64,000 nucleotides of DNA, from positions 1 through 64,000 of the IMG/VR virus record IMGVR_UViG_641201006_000001. One strand, 5' to 3'. Position numbers and translations under genes: made by a program. Below, piece by piece: positions 27,596-38,409 of the stretch (positions are counted from its first letter, which is position 1; each line of letters opens with the position of its first letter). The notes under the pieces were generated by a model. That model was not told where the DNA came from. It did not search any database and saw only the letters and a program-made list of their open reading frames with translations. The DNA is from a virus. Lineage: Duplodnaviria; Caudoviricetes.

Positions 27596-30500
27596 ATGAA
27601 AACTTCATATGACCTTTCGTTCTTGAACTCCTCAAAGAACCCACGGCAGGATAATTGGATAGGACAACCATTTGTGTTGTCCTATCTTCTTTCTGAGCCG
27701 GGTACAAACTTCATGTTCCGTTACCAACCTTACTCTCTAAGTCACAGTCGTATTACGCAAGACCGCATCTATGCAGGTCGTCATTCTAAAGAAGGAGATG
27801 TAAATGGTACGTATGTAGATGGAGTTGTAAACCGGGATCAACGAGGAATCAAACTAACAGAACGACCAATGGTGGAAGTAAACCGGGTATTAGAAGCAAT
27901 CACGCAACATGGATTCCATGCCACACTTGAAGATGCAAGTGCCGTCATTGAATCGCTACTGATGATTGATAAGAATAACAAGAATGGTGGCATCGACATA
28001 ACGCCTGTTGTTTCAGAGCAGCATATCATCGACAAATACATTAATCCTGTTCTCTTACGTTCTTATATCAGTGGTTCTCGTGCGGAGCAAGTAAAAGATA
28101 CCATCCTACATATCTACCGAATCGCTTCGATGAATACAGACCGCATTGGTCACGTATCGCTTGTAGAAATTATGAAACGCATAGATGAGACAGATGAAGT
28201 AACTCGCATGGGGCAATACATACTTGGTTACATGGATCAGCTACATGATGGTACGAAGTCTGTTCATAAATTAGGTCTTCGTGATAATGACAATGTAGCA
28301 CGCATTACGGGACTGCTAAACAATGTAGAGAAACGGGAAAAGTATTTACAGGTGACGAAACTTCAATTCGCTAGTAGATACAAAGAACGTACCGGACATA
28401 AGCAGTTCTTCTACGATACAAGTGCTAGGCTCATTACGCATGATGGTATTGTGATAAAAGGTGTTATGGAAGGTATTACGTCAGAGCAATATGCGTGGGT
28501 GTCTCCGTTACCTATCATGGTACAGAAACGTATTACACTAGAAGGTTTGGAAACAACGCATACACTTGTGGACGCTCTCGTCCCGAATGAGGCTCGTATA
28601 ACTGAAGACGACACATTATATGCCTACGGCGTGTCACAAATGTCAGCGAGGCTAATAAGCCCCTTAAACGTAGCGTCACACGGTAGAGGAAAAGAAGTAC
28701 GCATGGAAGAGACTATTTATGCGACGATGCAGAAAACAGCCGGTGCAAGAATAGATATGCAAACCTCTCTACTAGATGGCAAGAATACGAAGGAGTCTGA
28801 CATTATAGAGCATGACGAAAAGAAAGCAGACCATCACGGCAGAGATGCAGGTAAAGGTGATTATAACAAGGTCGCACTATTCGATGAGAAAGTAGCGAAG
28901 GATTCTGCGAACAATCAGCCCTATAGTTTTATTGACGAGATTGTAAAGAAAGATGCATGGATGCAAGATGTATTCTTTTATGTAGACGAGAAGCTAGATA
29001 AAGACGCACGTATCATCGAACAAGACATCGAGTTCTTCGATAAGCAAAAGAGTGCAGATGCATGGATTATATCTGACCGTACGTGGCTCGATTTATTACC
29101 GCAAAACTCTCGCATTGATTGGGACGCATCTGTTAAGTTAGCTAAGATGAATAAAGATGCTTGGATTGTAGATGAGGTTCGCTGGTCTACAATGATAGAT
29201 GAGAAGGTAGACAATGGTGCGTGGATTGAACATCGCTTCCAGTTCTTCGAGAAGGTAAATAAATCAGCACTAGAGGAGAAGGAACTTATCGTTCGTGTTG
29301 ATAAATTGCATAAAGAAGGATGGAAGAAAGTTGCTGTTCACCTGATGGATCGTCAAGAAAAAGTATCTCTATTATCAAAGCACTGGACGATTGCATCTAA
29401 GATGTTACTTGAGGCCTACGAGATTGAGGAGAATATTCGTCAGCAGATTTCAACGCTCATGGATAAAGAAGCAAAAGCAGGACGACTCATTAATGATGTA
29501 GAAAAAGTCGTGAAGGAAATGAAACCTGCACTCATCATTGAAGAACTGCGTTCAGATGAAGTACGACTAAATGCCATGATAAACAAACTGATTGATTACG
29601 GTGATAGACCGGATAACTTTAGTTCGGTTGTGCAGAAGGTATTATTGTCACCGGAACAACAGCGACGAAGCATTGCGCTAACGGAGATGAACTTTGCTGA
29701 TAGAGATATTAACCTTGCACTCGTTGAACAAATGATTATCGCTAACGATGAAGCAGAAGACAATGGTCGTGACGCAATGATTGTAGAAGGTCACTTCCTG
29801 ATTCAAGACCAATCGGACTGGGATGAGATTTGGAACAAACGAGTAACAGGTGTCGATATTCTTGACCCACCTGATTCAGACTACGATTATAGTAAGCTCG
29901 CTTCACAAGTCTACAATTTAGAGACTGGTGTTCCGTATAAACCAATGTCGCCAACGAATGTACCGGACGTACGTGTACGCACGCCACTGCATCATCCGAT
30001 GCCGGAGCATTTCGATATAGGGGTAGACCCGACACGAGAACTGGTTGTAGATAATAACATCTTCAAAGATGTCGTGCTTGCGATTGAATCACTCAAGTTC
30101 CGTAACAAATTGCGGTATGCAGGTATGCCAGCAGAGAAAGCAATGCGCGAACTATTCTCGAAACTATTCCTTTGGATCCAAGAAGCAAACCCGGATAGTG
30201 CAGAGTATAAGCGTATGTTCCGTTTTGCGAGATGGTATGCAGAGTCAGCCGTATTAAAACTAAGTGAACACATTCTTCATCGTACGTATGATTCATGGGT
30301 ATCGGAAATCGAGACAGGTAAAGGATTAGGTGTACAGTATACGAATAAAGGCTGGTTCTATTTTGCTCCGGCTTATGCGATGCAGACACAATCCACATAC
30401 GCTGTCATGAGTTTTGAAAAAGAAAACTACATTGATGGACAAATTATTCTCATGGGATACTTTGATAATCCATTAGCACAAGGTACAATGGAACTAAAGG

Positions 30501-30817
30501 TCGATGGCGAGACAGTAGATTCATGGAGTTCACGAGGTACTTTTAAAAGAGTCATAGACGTAGAGCAAGGCTCTCACAAATATGACATTGTTTTTAAAGG
30601 AGACAGTGGAGTCGTATCTATATCTCGTATCGAAGTCACCGGGTGCGAATTTGTTTCGGCATATACGTCATCCGATGATAGTAATACGAATGGGTTAAAA
30701 GCCATTCAGACTTTAATTGATATGCTGTTATCTTACTTCGACCTGCATCATGGCGACGATAAGATTAAGGGTACAATGGAAGTCAAACAAAGACGAGTTT
30801 GGAATGTCCAAACATAA
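27596..30817 (+). CDS. Large virion protein with central quasi-repeats
   Basis: 1073 aa; repeated D(E/K)..KDAWI-like units in the middle third. Confidence 0.8.
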   Translation: MKTSYDLSFLNSSKNPRQDNWIGQPFVLSYLLSEPGTNFMFRYQPYSLSHSRITQDRIYAGRHSKEGDVNGTYVDGVVNRDQRGIKLTERPMVEVNRVLEAITQHGFHATLEDASAVIESLLMIDKNNKNGGIDITPVVSEQHIIDKYINPVLLRSYISGSRAEQVKDTILHIYRIASMNTDRIGHVSLVEIMKRIDETDEVTRMGQYILGYMDQLHDGTKSVHKLGLRDNDNVARITGLLNNVEKREKYLQVTKLQFASRYKERTGHKQFFYDTSARLITHDGIVIKGVMEGITSEQYAWVSPLPIMVQKRITLEGLETTHTLVDALVPNEARITEDDTLYAYGVSQMSARLISPLNVASHGRGKEVRMEETIYATMQKTAGARIDMQTSLLDGKNTKESDIIEHDEKKADHHGRDAGKGDYNKVALFDEKVAKDSANNQPYSFIDEIVKKDAWMQDVFFYVDEKLDKDARIIEQDIEFFDKQKSADAWIISDRTWLDLLPQNSRIDWDASVKLAKMNKDAWIVDEVRWSTMIDEKVDNGAWIEHRFQFFEKVNKSALEEKELIVRVDKLHKEGWKKVAVHLMDRQEKVSLLSKHWTIASKMLLEAYEIEENIRQQISTLMDKEAKAGRLINDVEKVVKEMKPALIIEELRSDEVRLNAMINKLIDYGDRPDNFSSVVQKVLLSPEQQRRSIALTEMNFADRDINLALVEQMIIANDEAEDNGRDAMIVEGHFLIQDQSDWDEIWNKRVTGVDILDPPDSDYDYSKLASQVYNLETGVPYKPMSPTNVPDVRVRTPLHHPMPEHFDIGVDPTRELVVDNNIFKDVVLAIESLKFRNKLRYAGMPAEKAMRELFSKLFLWIQEANPDSAEYKRMFRFARWYAESAVLKLSEHILHRTYDSWVSEIETGKGLGVQYTNKGWFYFAPAYAMQTQSTYAVMSFEKENYIDGQIILMGYFDNPLAQGTMELKVDGETVDSWSSRGTFKRVIDVEQGSHKYDIVFKGDSGVVSISRIEVTGCEFVSAYTSSDDSNTNGLKAIQTLIDMLLSYFDLHHGDDKIKGTMEVKQRRVWNVQT

Positions 30818-30830
30818 GGAGGAAATACAT

Positions 30831-31190
30831 ATGGTAGTGAAATATCAAGTAGAGCGTCGTCCTATCGGATCGAACGGTAAAATCTTTCGAGGCACAAGCA
30901 AGGAAGACCGTATTGCTGTAATCGAACCAACGGCTCGTAAAACAATGACGTCAGGTACATCTATGGGTGACGTAGCATTCTACGACATTCAAGATATTAA
31001 TAAGCCAACGTACAGCTCTGATTACTCTCGTGTGCAAGCACAGAATGGTGAGCCGTGGTTAGTTCACTCTACTCACTTCTCTGTTGATTCTGCTACGGAA
31101 TCTGCTGCTCCACTTGCGAGTGCAATTGGTTCTGAGAACGTACGTATCGTACAAGTATTAAGCCATAAAACATTCTTCAAATTAAACTAA
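30831..31190 (+). CDS. Small virion structural protein
   Basis: AAGGAGG SD before ATG 30831 (MVVKYQV). Confidence 0.8.
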   Translation: MVVKYQVERRPIGSNGKIFRGTSKEDRIAVIEPTARKTMTSGTSMGDVAFYDIQDINKPTYSSDYSRVQAQNGEPWLVHSTHFSVDSATESAAPLASAIGSENVRIVQVLSHKTFFKLN

Positions 31191-31199
31191 CGGGATGAG

Positions 31200-32318
31200 G
31201 TGAGAATCTTGGCACTAGTTAACCGCATTTCTAATGGACTTGTTTTTCAAGATACATTTGATAGTGATGTGTTAGATGCGAAGTGGCAAGTTTCTCCGTC
31301 TGATGATACTCGTTATAGCCTTACAGAGAGTCGGGGTACACTTCGTTTAAAACACGGCGACCCCGATCTTTTTGTTCTCATGCTTGCTCCACGATATGAT
31401 TTCGTGTTTGAAGCAGAAACAAATTATGCACCGACCCGTGCTTCGGATCAGGGAGGCATTGTTGCTTTCCGTGATAAGGACACTCGTTTAGAACTACTTG
31501 AATACTTTGACCCTGCAACTGGTACACGGTTTGGGTACGATAAAATCCGCATGATTCGTAAGGCGGATTTATTTGAAGGATACGGTAGTAATGACGGCGG
31601 TAAAACGTGGGAGCTTATCGGTGTAAGTTATTTGTCTGCGCCAAAGATTGGATTCGTACTGCACGGTATCAAGGAAGCACAATCTGTGAACTTAGATATT
31701 CCGGAAGTACGTATGTATCGTTCAACGACGGTTCAAGTCGGGAACTTAATTCCCGGTCAATCGGTAAAGCTATGTGATGAAAAGGGAACAGTTATCAAGA
31801 CGGATACTTGCAAAGACAATAGCGACCATGTGGATTTAGATTGTACCAATGTAGTATTCCCGTTAAAAGGTAAGATTCAGATATACGATACGACAGGTCA
31901 TCTCTTGGAGGACGGCGAAGTCGTAGAAGATATTTGGGGCGGAGATGTATTTTGGTATGGTGTAAAACTAGACTTAGAAGTAGATGGCGTACTGATGCGA
32001 CAAGACCGTGAGTACCAATTAGGTAACATGGAACAAGGTATTATCGAGCGTGCGATGTACGTAATCAATAACAATGACATTCCAATCACAAACGTCCGTG
32101 TTAGCATCGCTGCACTTGGCGGGTATCATGGTTGGGAATGGACGGATGTAGCGCAAGATGTGTTTGGACAGCCGGGTACATATCAGGATAAAGTCTTCCT
32201 CGGTACAATCCGACCAGGAGAGAAAGTTCCGTTATGGTGTAAGATTACAAGGCAACCCGCACAACAGCTTGCAAGTTTACAAGATTACAAATTCCGTATC
32301 ATGTTTGAAAGTGGGTGA
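31200..32318 (+). CDS. Virion protein with ConA-like (beta-xylosidase C-terminal-like) domain
   Basis: FQDTFDSDVLDAKW...DQGGIV..IRMIRK..F.GYGSNDGGKTWELIG. Confidence 0.75.
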   Translation: MRILALVNRISNGLVFQDTFDSDVLDAKWQVSPSDDTRYSLTESRGTLRLKHGDPDLFVLMLAPRYDFVFEAETNYAPTRASDQGGIVAFRDKDTRLELLEYFDPATGTRFGYDKIRMIRKADLFEGYGSNDGGKTWELIGVSYLSAPKIGFVLHGIKEAQSVNLDIPEVRMYRSTTVQVGNLIPGQSVKLCDEKGTVIKTDTCKDNSDHVDLDCTNVVFPLKGKIQIYDTTGHLLEDGEVVEDIWGGDVFWYGVKLDLEVDGVLMRQDREYQLGNMEQGIIERAMYVINNNDIPITNVRVSIAALGGYHGWEWTDVAQDVFGQPGTYQDKVFLGTIRPGEKVPLWCKITRQPAQQLASLQDYKFRIMFESG

Positions 32319-32324
32319 TGAGAG

Positions 32325-35027
32325 ATGGCATTGAAGTTCGTACAAACAGGTAATAATGCCGGCGGTAGTGGAAGTGGTACATATGACCATAGCCTATTAA
32401 TCAACCGTGGTATGCCTGACCAACATACAATTGAATCTATTACAGGACTGCGTGATGTTCTGAATAAGAAATACGAAAAGCCATATGGTGGTATCCCTCG
32501 AACAGATTTAGGATTCGAAGTGGTAACTCCGCATGACTTCTCTGTATTTAAGCAGACGGCACTGCGTGATGTAGAAGATAATGTCGCTCTTATCACAAAA
32601 GAAATTGTCGATGCACGAGGAGATAAGAAAACACTTCGTGAATACATTGATACGAAAATCTCACAAGAGAACTGGACTGGTGGGGGAGGTACTGGCGGAT
32701 CAGAGTCATCTGTCGGGTATCCAATCTATGAAGAGTTCACTGTACAAAATAAACAACGCCGTTTCCAAACGGATAAAACGTATCGCATGGGTACTCGTCA
32801 ACTTGAGGTGTATGTAGAAGGCTTGAAGATGATTGAAAAACGTGACTACGTAGAAGTGGATGAACATACGATTGAGTTTCTGTATGATTTAGAAGAAGGC
32901 TTCGTTGTACTGATGATGGTGCGTGCTGTTGTAAATAGCGGACTCCATGAAGAGTACACGGCAACTGCTGGTCAAACAAACTTCTCGTTAGTATCTCCGT
33001 ATGCGATTAACCAAAACATGTTGCAGGTATATCGCAATGGTCAGCTTCAACATAAGGGGCGTGACTACAAAGAGGTCAACGATAAGCTCATTGTATTCCA
33101 GTTTCCGCTTGAAGAAGGAATGCTGGTTACCTTCCATCAATCCGGTTCAAGTGACCCCATACAAGGTAGTATCTATCAAGGTATGTTAAATAGTATGCGC
33201 ATGAATAATGCGTACCTAGCTATCTCGATGCAGGATGCAATGAAGTCGGATGTTGTGAAACACTTCGATATGTATGCAGATAGTCTTGTTACGCTGTCTC
33301 ATATCGACATGAATGCTTCGGATAATTTCCTATTCGAGAATGGATCTATTTCCGTAAAAGAAATGAATCGTACACTCTTAAATAGAAAAGACTTCGAGAC
33401 TGGTAGTGCATCATATGTAGACTTCATTACCTATCCGGATGAGATTCGCTTACTGAATGTACCGGGCGGAGAAGCACGAGACTTTGCCGTGCATGAACAA
33501 ATCTCGGATAAAGTAATCGGTGACCTTGTTCCGTTTACAAACAACCAGCACCAGCGCATGTTCTTCGTTGCAGAAGAAACAGCAGCCGGACAATGTATAC
33601 TGCAAGCAAACATTAACGGCATGATATATGAACTAGCGACAACAGATGGTCACTTCTTCTCGCTGAATGTAGCAGGTGATAGTGACGGGAATGCACACCT
33701 CGTCTTCCACGAACAAGGAAGTGCAAAGGGTGTCTCTATTGTGTACTACCTCAAGTTCAATACGACTACATTCCAAGTTGAGTATCAGCGTACGCTAAGT
33801 GATACGAAGCTAGATGCAATGCGACCTGATATAGATGTAGATGCTGACGGTAGAGCGCATGTTGTGTTTAGTTCAAAGCGTGCCAATCCGAATACGTTCA
33901 ATGTTGAGTACCGTACGATTAAAAGCGGAACGGTATCAGCAAGCCGTAACATTACATCGGATGAGTTAGTCGCAGGACTGAATCCACGTATCTCCGTTGG
34001 ATACGGTCAGCGTCCTAACATTGTATATGAACAAAACAAAACGATTTACTTCGTTCACTTAAATGGTGACGTCATCGAGAAGCAAATCAAATTAACAGAT
34101 AGTGATTGTGTACAGCCTGATATTGATACTGACCCGAACTGTACTTCTCATATTGTATGGAAGTCAAAACGACTCGGCACAAACTACGGCGTAGATTACA
34201 CAACGATCTCGAAGGATTATATCGTAAGTGGTACGAAGAGTGTTGCAACTGGTTCCTTCTCTTGTGACTATCCAGCCGTTGGTGCAGACTACAATAACAT
34301 TGCACATGTCGTGTTCCAAGCTAATAGCGTTAGAGCCGACCATGAAAACATTTGTTATGCAAGGGTGTACCCAAATGGGGACGTTCTTCCGTTCGTTGAT
34401 ATTGCATCCCGTGTGGGCGTGCAGTACCGAGAACCGAAGCTGGCTATCTACGGTGAGTCATTCATCTGCGGATTCTTAGGCGACGACCACGGATATGAAA
34501 CATGGAAGTTACTTGCGAACTATTCAGATACAGGTAGTTACGATTATGTAGTAGATGGTGGATCAAAAGAAGCCGAGTGGCGCAAAGTAACAGTTGCCTC
34601 CCTTGCTCCGGCTGGTACATCGGTTATTGCTGAATACAGGTTGAGCGATGATAAACTATCATGGTCAGCATGGAAACCTGTAGAAGAATTAACAGGGCAG
34701 GGACAATACTTACATATTCGTGTTACGCTAAAAACAACGGACAATACGATGACACCTTCTGTTGAAGCGATTGATATTACATATCTTCCTGCATTCGTAG
34801 AAGTACAATCCGTGAAGAACTATGTAGAGAGAAATGTGGATTCGGTAATCGTCGTTGGTACACCGGGAGTTACATATCAAGTATCTCGTGATGGCGGGAA
34901 AACATTTGTAAATGCAGACCTGCACGTACCAACAAGTGTTGTGCAAACGCCGGATGGACATGACATTGTACTCCGTGCGAAAATCACGAACGGTTCTAAG
35001 CTAGAAGCATGGGGCGTTCTATGGTAG
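32325..35027 (+). CDS. Fibre/receptor-binding-like protein with beta-propeller repeats
   Basis: EIVDARG fibre motif, two VY.NG..DY.EV modules, repeated P.I.VD..G.AH(V/I)V(F/W) blades. Confidence 0.8.
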   Translation: MALKFVQTGNNAGGSGSGTYDHSLLINRGMPDQHTIESITGLRDVLNKKYEKPYGGIPRTDLGFEVVTPHDFSVFKQTALRDVEDNVALITKEIVDARGDKKTLREYIDTKISQENWTGGGGTGGSESSVGYPIYEEFTVQNKQRRFQTDKTYRMGTRQLEVYVEGLKMIEKRDYVEVDEHTIEFLYDLEEGFVVLMMVRAVVNSGLHEEYTATAGQTNFSLVSPYAINQNMLQVYRNGQLQHKGRDYKEVNDKLIVFQFPLEEGMLVTFHQSGSSDPIQGSIYQGMLNSMRMNNAYLAISMQDAMKSDVVKHFDMYADSLVTLSHIDMNASDNFLFENGSISVKEMNRTLLNRKDFETGSASYVDFITYPDEIRLLNVPGGEARDFAVHEQISDKVIGDLVPFTNNQHQRMFFVAEETAAGQCILQANINGMIYELATTDGHFFSLNVAGDSDGNAHLVFHEQGSAKGVSIVYYLKFNTTTFQVEYQRTLSDTKLDAMRPDIDVDADGRAHVVFSSKRANPNTFNVEYRTIKSGTVSASRNITSDELVAGLNPRISVGYGQRPNIVYEQNKTIYFVHLNGDVIEKQIKLTDSDCVQPDIDTDPNCTSHIVWKSKRLGTNYGVDYTTISKDYIVSGTKSVATGSFSCDYPAVGADYNNIAHVVFQANSVRADHENICYARVYPNGDVLPFVDIASRVGVQYREPKLAIYGESFICGFLGDDHGYETWKLLANYSDTGSYDYVVDGGSKEAEWRKVTVASLAPAGTSVIAEYRLSDDKLSWSAWKPVEELTGQGQYLHIRVTLKTTDNTMTPSVEAIDITYLPAFVEVQSVKNYVERNVDSVIVVGTPGVTYQVSRDGGKTFVNADLHVPTSVVQTPDGHDIVLRAKITNGSKLEAWGVLW

Positions 35028-35036
35028 GTGAATCAG

Positions 35037-35408
35037 ATGAACCATATACTAGAAGCACTGCGAGAAGGTATGAAGAACAAATTAATTATCGGCAAGGGAC
35101 AGACGGATGTCGTCCCTGCTGGTAGTGAACAAGTTTGGTTCGTACCACTAGAAACAAACAAACTACTTGTAAAGTCTATTGAAGTCGTAGCCAACAAACA
35201 GGCTACATTCTATGTCGAGTTCTTTGAAAATAGTAAGCTCGAAGACTCTCGTTACAATAGCGGGGAAGTAGCAGGGCGATGCTATGACAATCTCGACCTA
35301 CCGTTTGTGAATGGAGACGATACAAAGCAAATGTATGTTGTCATTCACAATACAAGTACATTCGACACTTCGTACCGCATCGAGGTACGGGGAACTGAAA
35401 TGAAATAG
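35037..35408 (+). CDS. Putative virion structural protein
   Basis: AGGTGA SD before ATG 35037; beta-rich. Confidence 0.75.
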   Translation: MNHILEALREGMKNKLIIGKGQTDVVPAGSEQVWFVPLETNKLLVKSIEVVANKQATFYVEFFENSKLEDSRYNSGEVAGRCYDNLDLPFVNGDDTKQMYVVIHNTSTFDTSYRIEVRGTEMK

Positions 35409-35419
35409 GAGGATATACA

Positions 35420-36286
35420 ATGGCTACTTTTTCTCCGCAAGAAGTGTACCTTGTCGAAGATGGACAGGTAGAAATCATATTAGATTCACCATACGTTGTT
35501 GGTAGTAACACGGTGCAGGTATATCTAAATGGGATGCTATCGTTACTCGGTAAGGACTATCAAGAAGCAAGCGAAACAACACTCAAGTTCCAGTACCAAC
35601 TGAGCAGTGAAGATGTTGTTATCGTTCAACGTAAAGTCGATGTAGAAGGTGCGAGTGTTTCTGTTATCGGGAAAGCCGGTAGTTCATTGTATCAGAAGTA
35701 CGGTGACAAACAAACACTACTGCCGAACCAAAAGTATACACTGACGTTCCGCTATGGTGACCAAGTACATGAGACAGGATTCTCTACTCGCATTGATCCG
35801 CTGTACTCTACATTTGAGACAATCAACTTTGACTTAGGTGAGATCGCAGATGACATTCCGATGGAGCGTATCTTATTCCTGATTTTCCAAAACAGTATCC
35901 TGTCGCAAAACATTGCGTCCGAAGAGAACCTTGAGTTACTAAAGACACAAGCGAAGACACCATATGTATTTAAGCAGTTCGTTCGTTACCGTACGGAGCT
36001 TGATATTATGACGGCAGTCTACTTCGCACTATCCGGACGACAAGGTATCGAGAATAAGATACTAGGTGAATTAACAATCATGCGTCGTAAAGAATTTGGT
36101 ATGGCTGACCTTCGTACCATCTTAGCTGACTTAAAGAATAAGCTACGAGAATGGGAACGAAAACTTCGTGGTTCGGATAAAGTATCACCACTACGTAGTG
36201 CGGTTCGAGGCGGTACAGCAAATCCATATCCACTGAATACACCTCGTCGTAGTTACGACCCAGTACAGAAAGGAGCGAGTTCATAA
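35420..36286 (+). CDS. Putative neck/head-tail adaptor protein
   Basis: N-terminal VYLNG..GKDY.E module, helical C-terminal part with LGELTI motif; position before the tail genes. Confidence 0.65.
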   Translation: MATFSPQEVYLVEDGQVEIILDSPYVVGSNTVQVYLNGMLSLLGKDYQEASETTLKFQYQLSSEDVVIVQRKVDVEGASVSVIGKAGSSLYQKYGDKQTLLPNQKYTLTFRYGDQVHETGFSTRIDPLYSTFETINFDLGEIADDIPMERILFLIFQNSILSQNIASEENLELLKTQAKTPYVFKQFVRYRTELDIMTAVYFALSGRQGIENKILGELTIMRRKEFGMADLRTILADLKNKLREWERKLRGSDKVSPLRSAVRGGTANPYPLNTPRRSYDPVQKGASS

Positions 36287-36819
36287 TGGCAATTAATTTA
36301 CGACAAGAGATTACGAAGCTCATTGAAGATACAGGTCATTATGTTCTGCTTCAACGTACGAGCCGTAAGATACGATGCAGTTGTTGGAATGAGAAACATC
36401 AAGAGGCAGACCCTTCGTGTCCATATTGTTTAGGACTCGGATGGGTAAGCCGTATTGAGCGACATAAGATTCGCCGACAAACAGCAGTCAATGTAATCTC
36501 ACTGCCAAACAACATTCAGCAAACACCAATCGGTCAGCTATCGACAGATACACGATTGTTCTTCTTCAAGCATGATACGATGCCGAAGAAAGGTGACATC
36601 ATCATGGAGGTTGGCTGGAAAGGACAACGACCAACACATCTCATTACGACGCACGAGATTTCGCACTCCGATGATATGCGTGAACAAAATGGTCGTATTG
36701 AGTTCTTTCAAGTGACGACGAAGGAAAAGAGTGTCGATACAAAGATACGAGGATTCTCCGTACGTAAGATTGGGCCGGTACGAAACTACGAACCTATTTT
36801 TAAGAAGGTGACATTATGA
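36286..36819 (+). CDS. Putative head-closure/neck protein with Cys motif
   Basis: RCSCW...CPYCLGLG; position in neck region. Confidence 0.65.
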   Translation: MAINLRQEITKLIEDTGHYVLLQRTSRKIRCSCWNEKHQEADPSCPYCLGLGWVSRIERHKIRRQTAVNVISLPNNIQQTPIGQLSTDTRLFFFKHDTMPKKGDIIMEVGWKGQRPTHLITTHEISHSDDMREQNGRIEFFQVTTKEKSVDTKIRGFSVRKIGPVRNYEPIFKKVTL

Positions 36820-38408
36820 TGCGTTATGACTTTCTACTAGATAGAGATGTTCCGAAAGGTATTGGTAACCGGTTGTTCCTACTTGGCGTAAGTGAAGATG
36901 GCCCCTACATGGAGCCTCTTCTTATACGTACAAAAGAACAAGCACGCAAGGTCTTCGGCGACGAGAATAAGGGTACGCTTGTAAAAGCATTTGATGAAGC
37001 GTATGATAGAAAAGAAGATATTTCAATTTATTTAATGCGAATCACCGGAAATTTTGCTACATTAGAAGTAGAAGGTTTTCCGACTGATCCATTAGATCGT
37101 CAGCATCTCTTTATACTCCGAAGTGTTTACGCTGGTGAAAAGTATAACAAGCTCTCCATTAAGCTAAACAACGACGATAAAAGAGAGATACATTCCTTCA
37201 CTCTGAAAACACTCGATCATGAGTTTGTTTATGAAATTCCATACGACATGACAGTCGGTGCATTCGTCAAAGGCATTAATGAAGATTGCAGAATGGGTCG
37301 TCATAAAATCATGGCTTCCACAGACTATCCGCAAGCAGACATTGGTTTCCTTGCAGGTATGTTGTCAGAAGACGAAGAAGTTCGCTCCTTCGATGATGGT
37401 GACGACGGGCTACATCCAACAAGAAACGAACTGTATCTTGCTTGTGATTTAGCGTATCAGATTTTGCAAGGACGACAGGTAGACATTGTTGTACCTGTTG
37501 GCATGTATGTCGATGATGTACATCCGGCTTACTTGTATGGTAAGGCAATTTACGGTAGCTCTTATTATTCATCTTCGTCTGACTATCTTCAATTGATAGA
37601 TACGCAGAATGGTAATAAGGTAGTAAGTTTCCACGAACAACTTATCGAGTTTTGCAGAGAGCAGATGAGACTCGGATATATGTCGAAGGGCGTGATAGGG
37701 ATTCGTCCTTTTACTCATGTTCCTAAGAATATAGAAGAGGACAACACTGCATACATATCTCGACTGGCACAATCCTCTGCGTTTCGTGACCGTCATGGAT
37801 TTACTGACTACAAGAATGGTCTTTGGTATGATAAGGGATATTTCGTATCCGTTGTCGGACATGAACTTATATATCATCCGGGTAAACCGGATGAGTACAC
37901 TGCAAATGGCGCTGTTCGTTACGCTGCAATTCTAGCAGGAAACTTCGATACTACTACGAACGTTGAAATTGGTGATGACGTTGAACTACGTTACGAACTA
38001 TCCAATTACACACTACAAGAACTCAGTCGCATTGGTGTGGTAACTTTCCGCAACAGCATTCGTCGTGGTAACGTGGTTACTAGCGGGGTGACTGCCGGTA
38101 GTCCTGAAAGTGAATTGCATAGTGTGGCAAATGTGAGAATGGTTCAAATAACACTAGCTTATGTGAATCAGGCAGTCGAAATGATATATGAAGGCGAGTT
38201 CGATGCAGGTATGCGCCGTAACTATTTGGAGGAGTTGTTAAGGAAGTTCCTTGATGACTTACAAAAGGAAGGCGTGATCTTGCAGTACGACTACAAAATT
38301 CAGTTCAGAAACGATGACGTCAAAGGCGAAATCCTTTTATTCCTTGAAGGTAAACATACAATAGAGGGCATTCAAACTTCTGCGGAAGTGACCCAACAGG
38401 AGGTATAA
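36816..38408 (+). CDS. Tail sheath paralog (minor sheath-like protein)
   Basis: LLGVSEDGPYMEP..ARKVFG..YLMRITG aligns with LLGTATDGPVMQP..AYNIFG..RLMRTTG of 39105..41258; sheath-like C-terminus. Confidence 0.8.
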   Translation: MMRYDFLLDRDVPKGIGNRLFLLGVSEDGPYMEPLLIRTKEQARKVFGDENKGTLVKAFDEAYDRKEDISIYLMRITGNFATLEVEGFPTDPLDRQHLFILRSVYAGEKYNKLSIKLNNDDKREIHSFTLKTLDHEFVYEIPYDMTVGAFVKGINEDCRMGRHKIMASTDYPQADIGFLAGMLSEDEEVRSFDDGDDGLHPTRNELYLACDLAYQILQGRQVDIVVPVGMYVDDVHPAYLYGKAIYGSSYYSSSSDYLQLIDTQNGNKVVSFHEQLIEFCREQMRLGYMSKGVIGIRPFTHVPKNIEEDNTAYISRLAQSSAFRDRHGFTDYKNGLWYDKGYFVSVVGHELIYHPGKPDEYTANGAVRYAAILAGNFDTTTNVEIGDDVELRYELSNYTLQELSRIGVVTFRNSIRRGNVVTSGVTAGSPESELHSVANVRMVQITLAYVNQAVEMIYEGEFDAGMRRNYLEELLRKFLDDLQKEGVILQYDYKIQFRNDDVKGEILLFLEGKHTIEGIQTSAEVTQQEV

Positions 38409-38409
38409 C

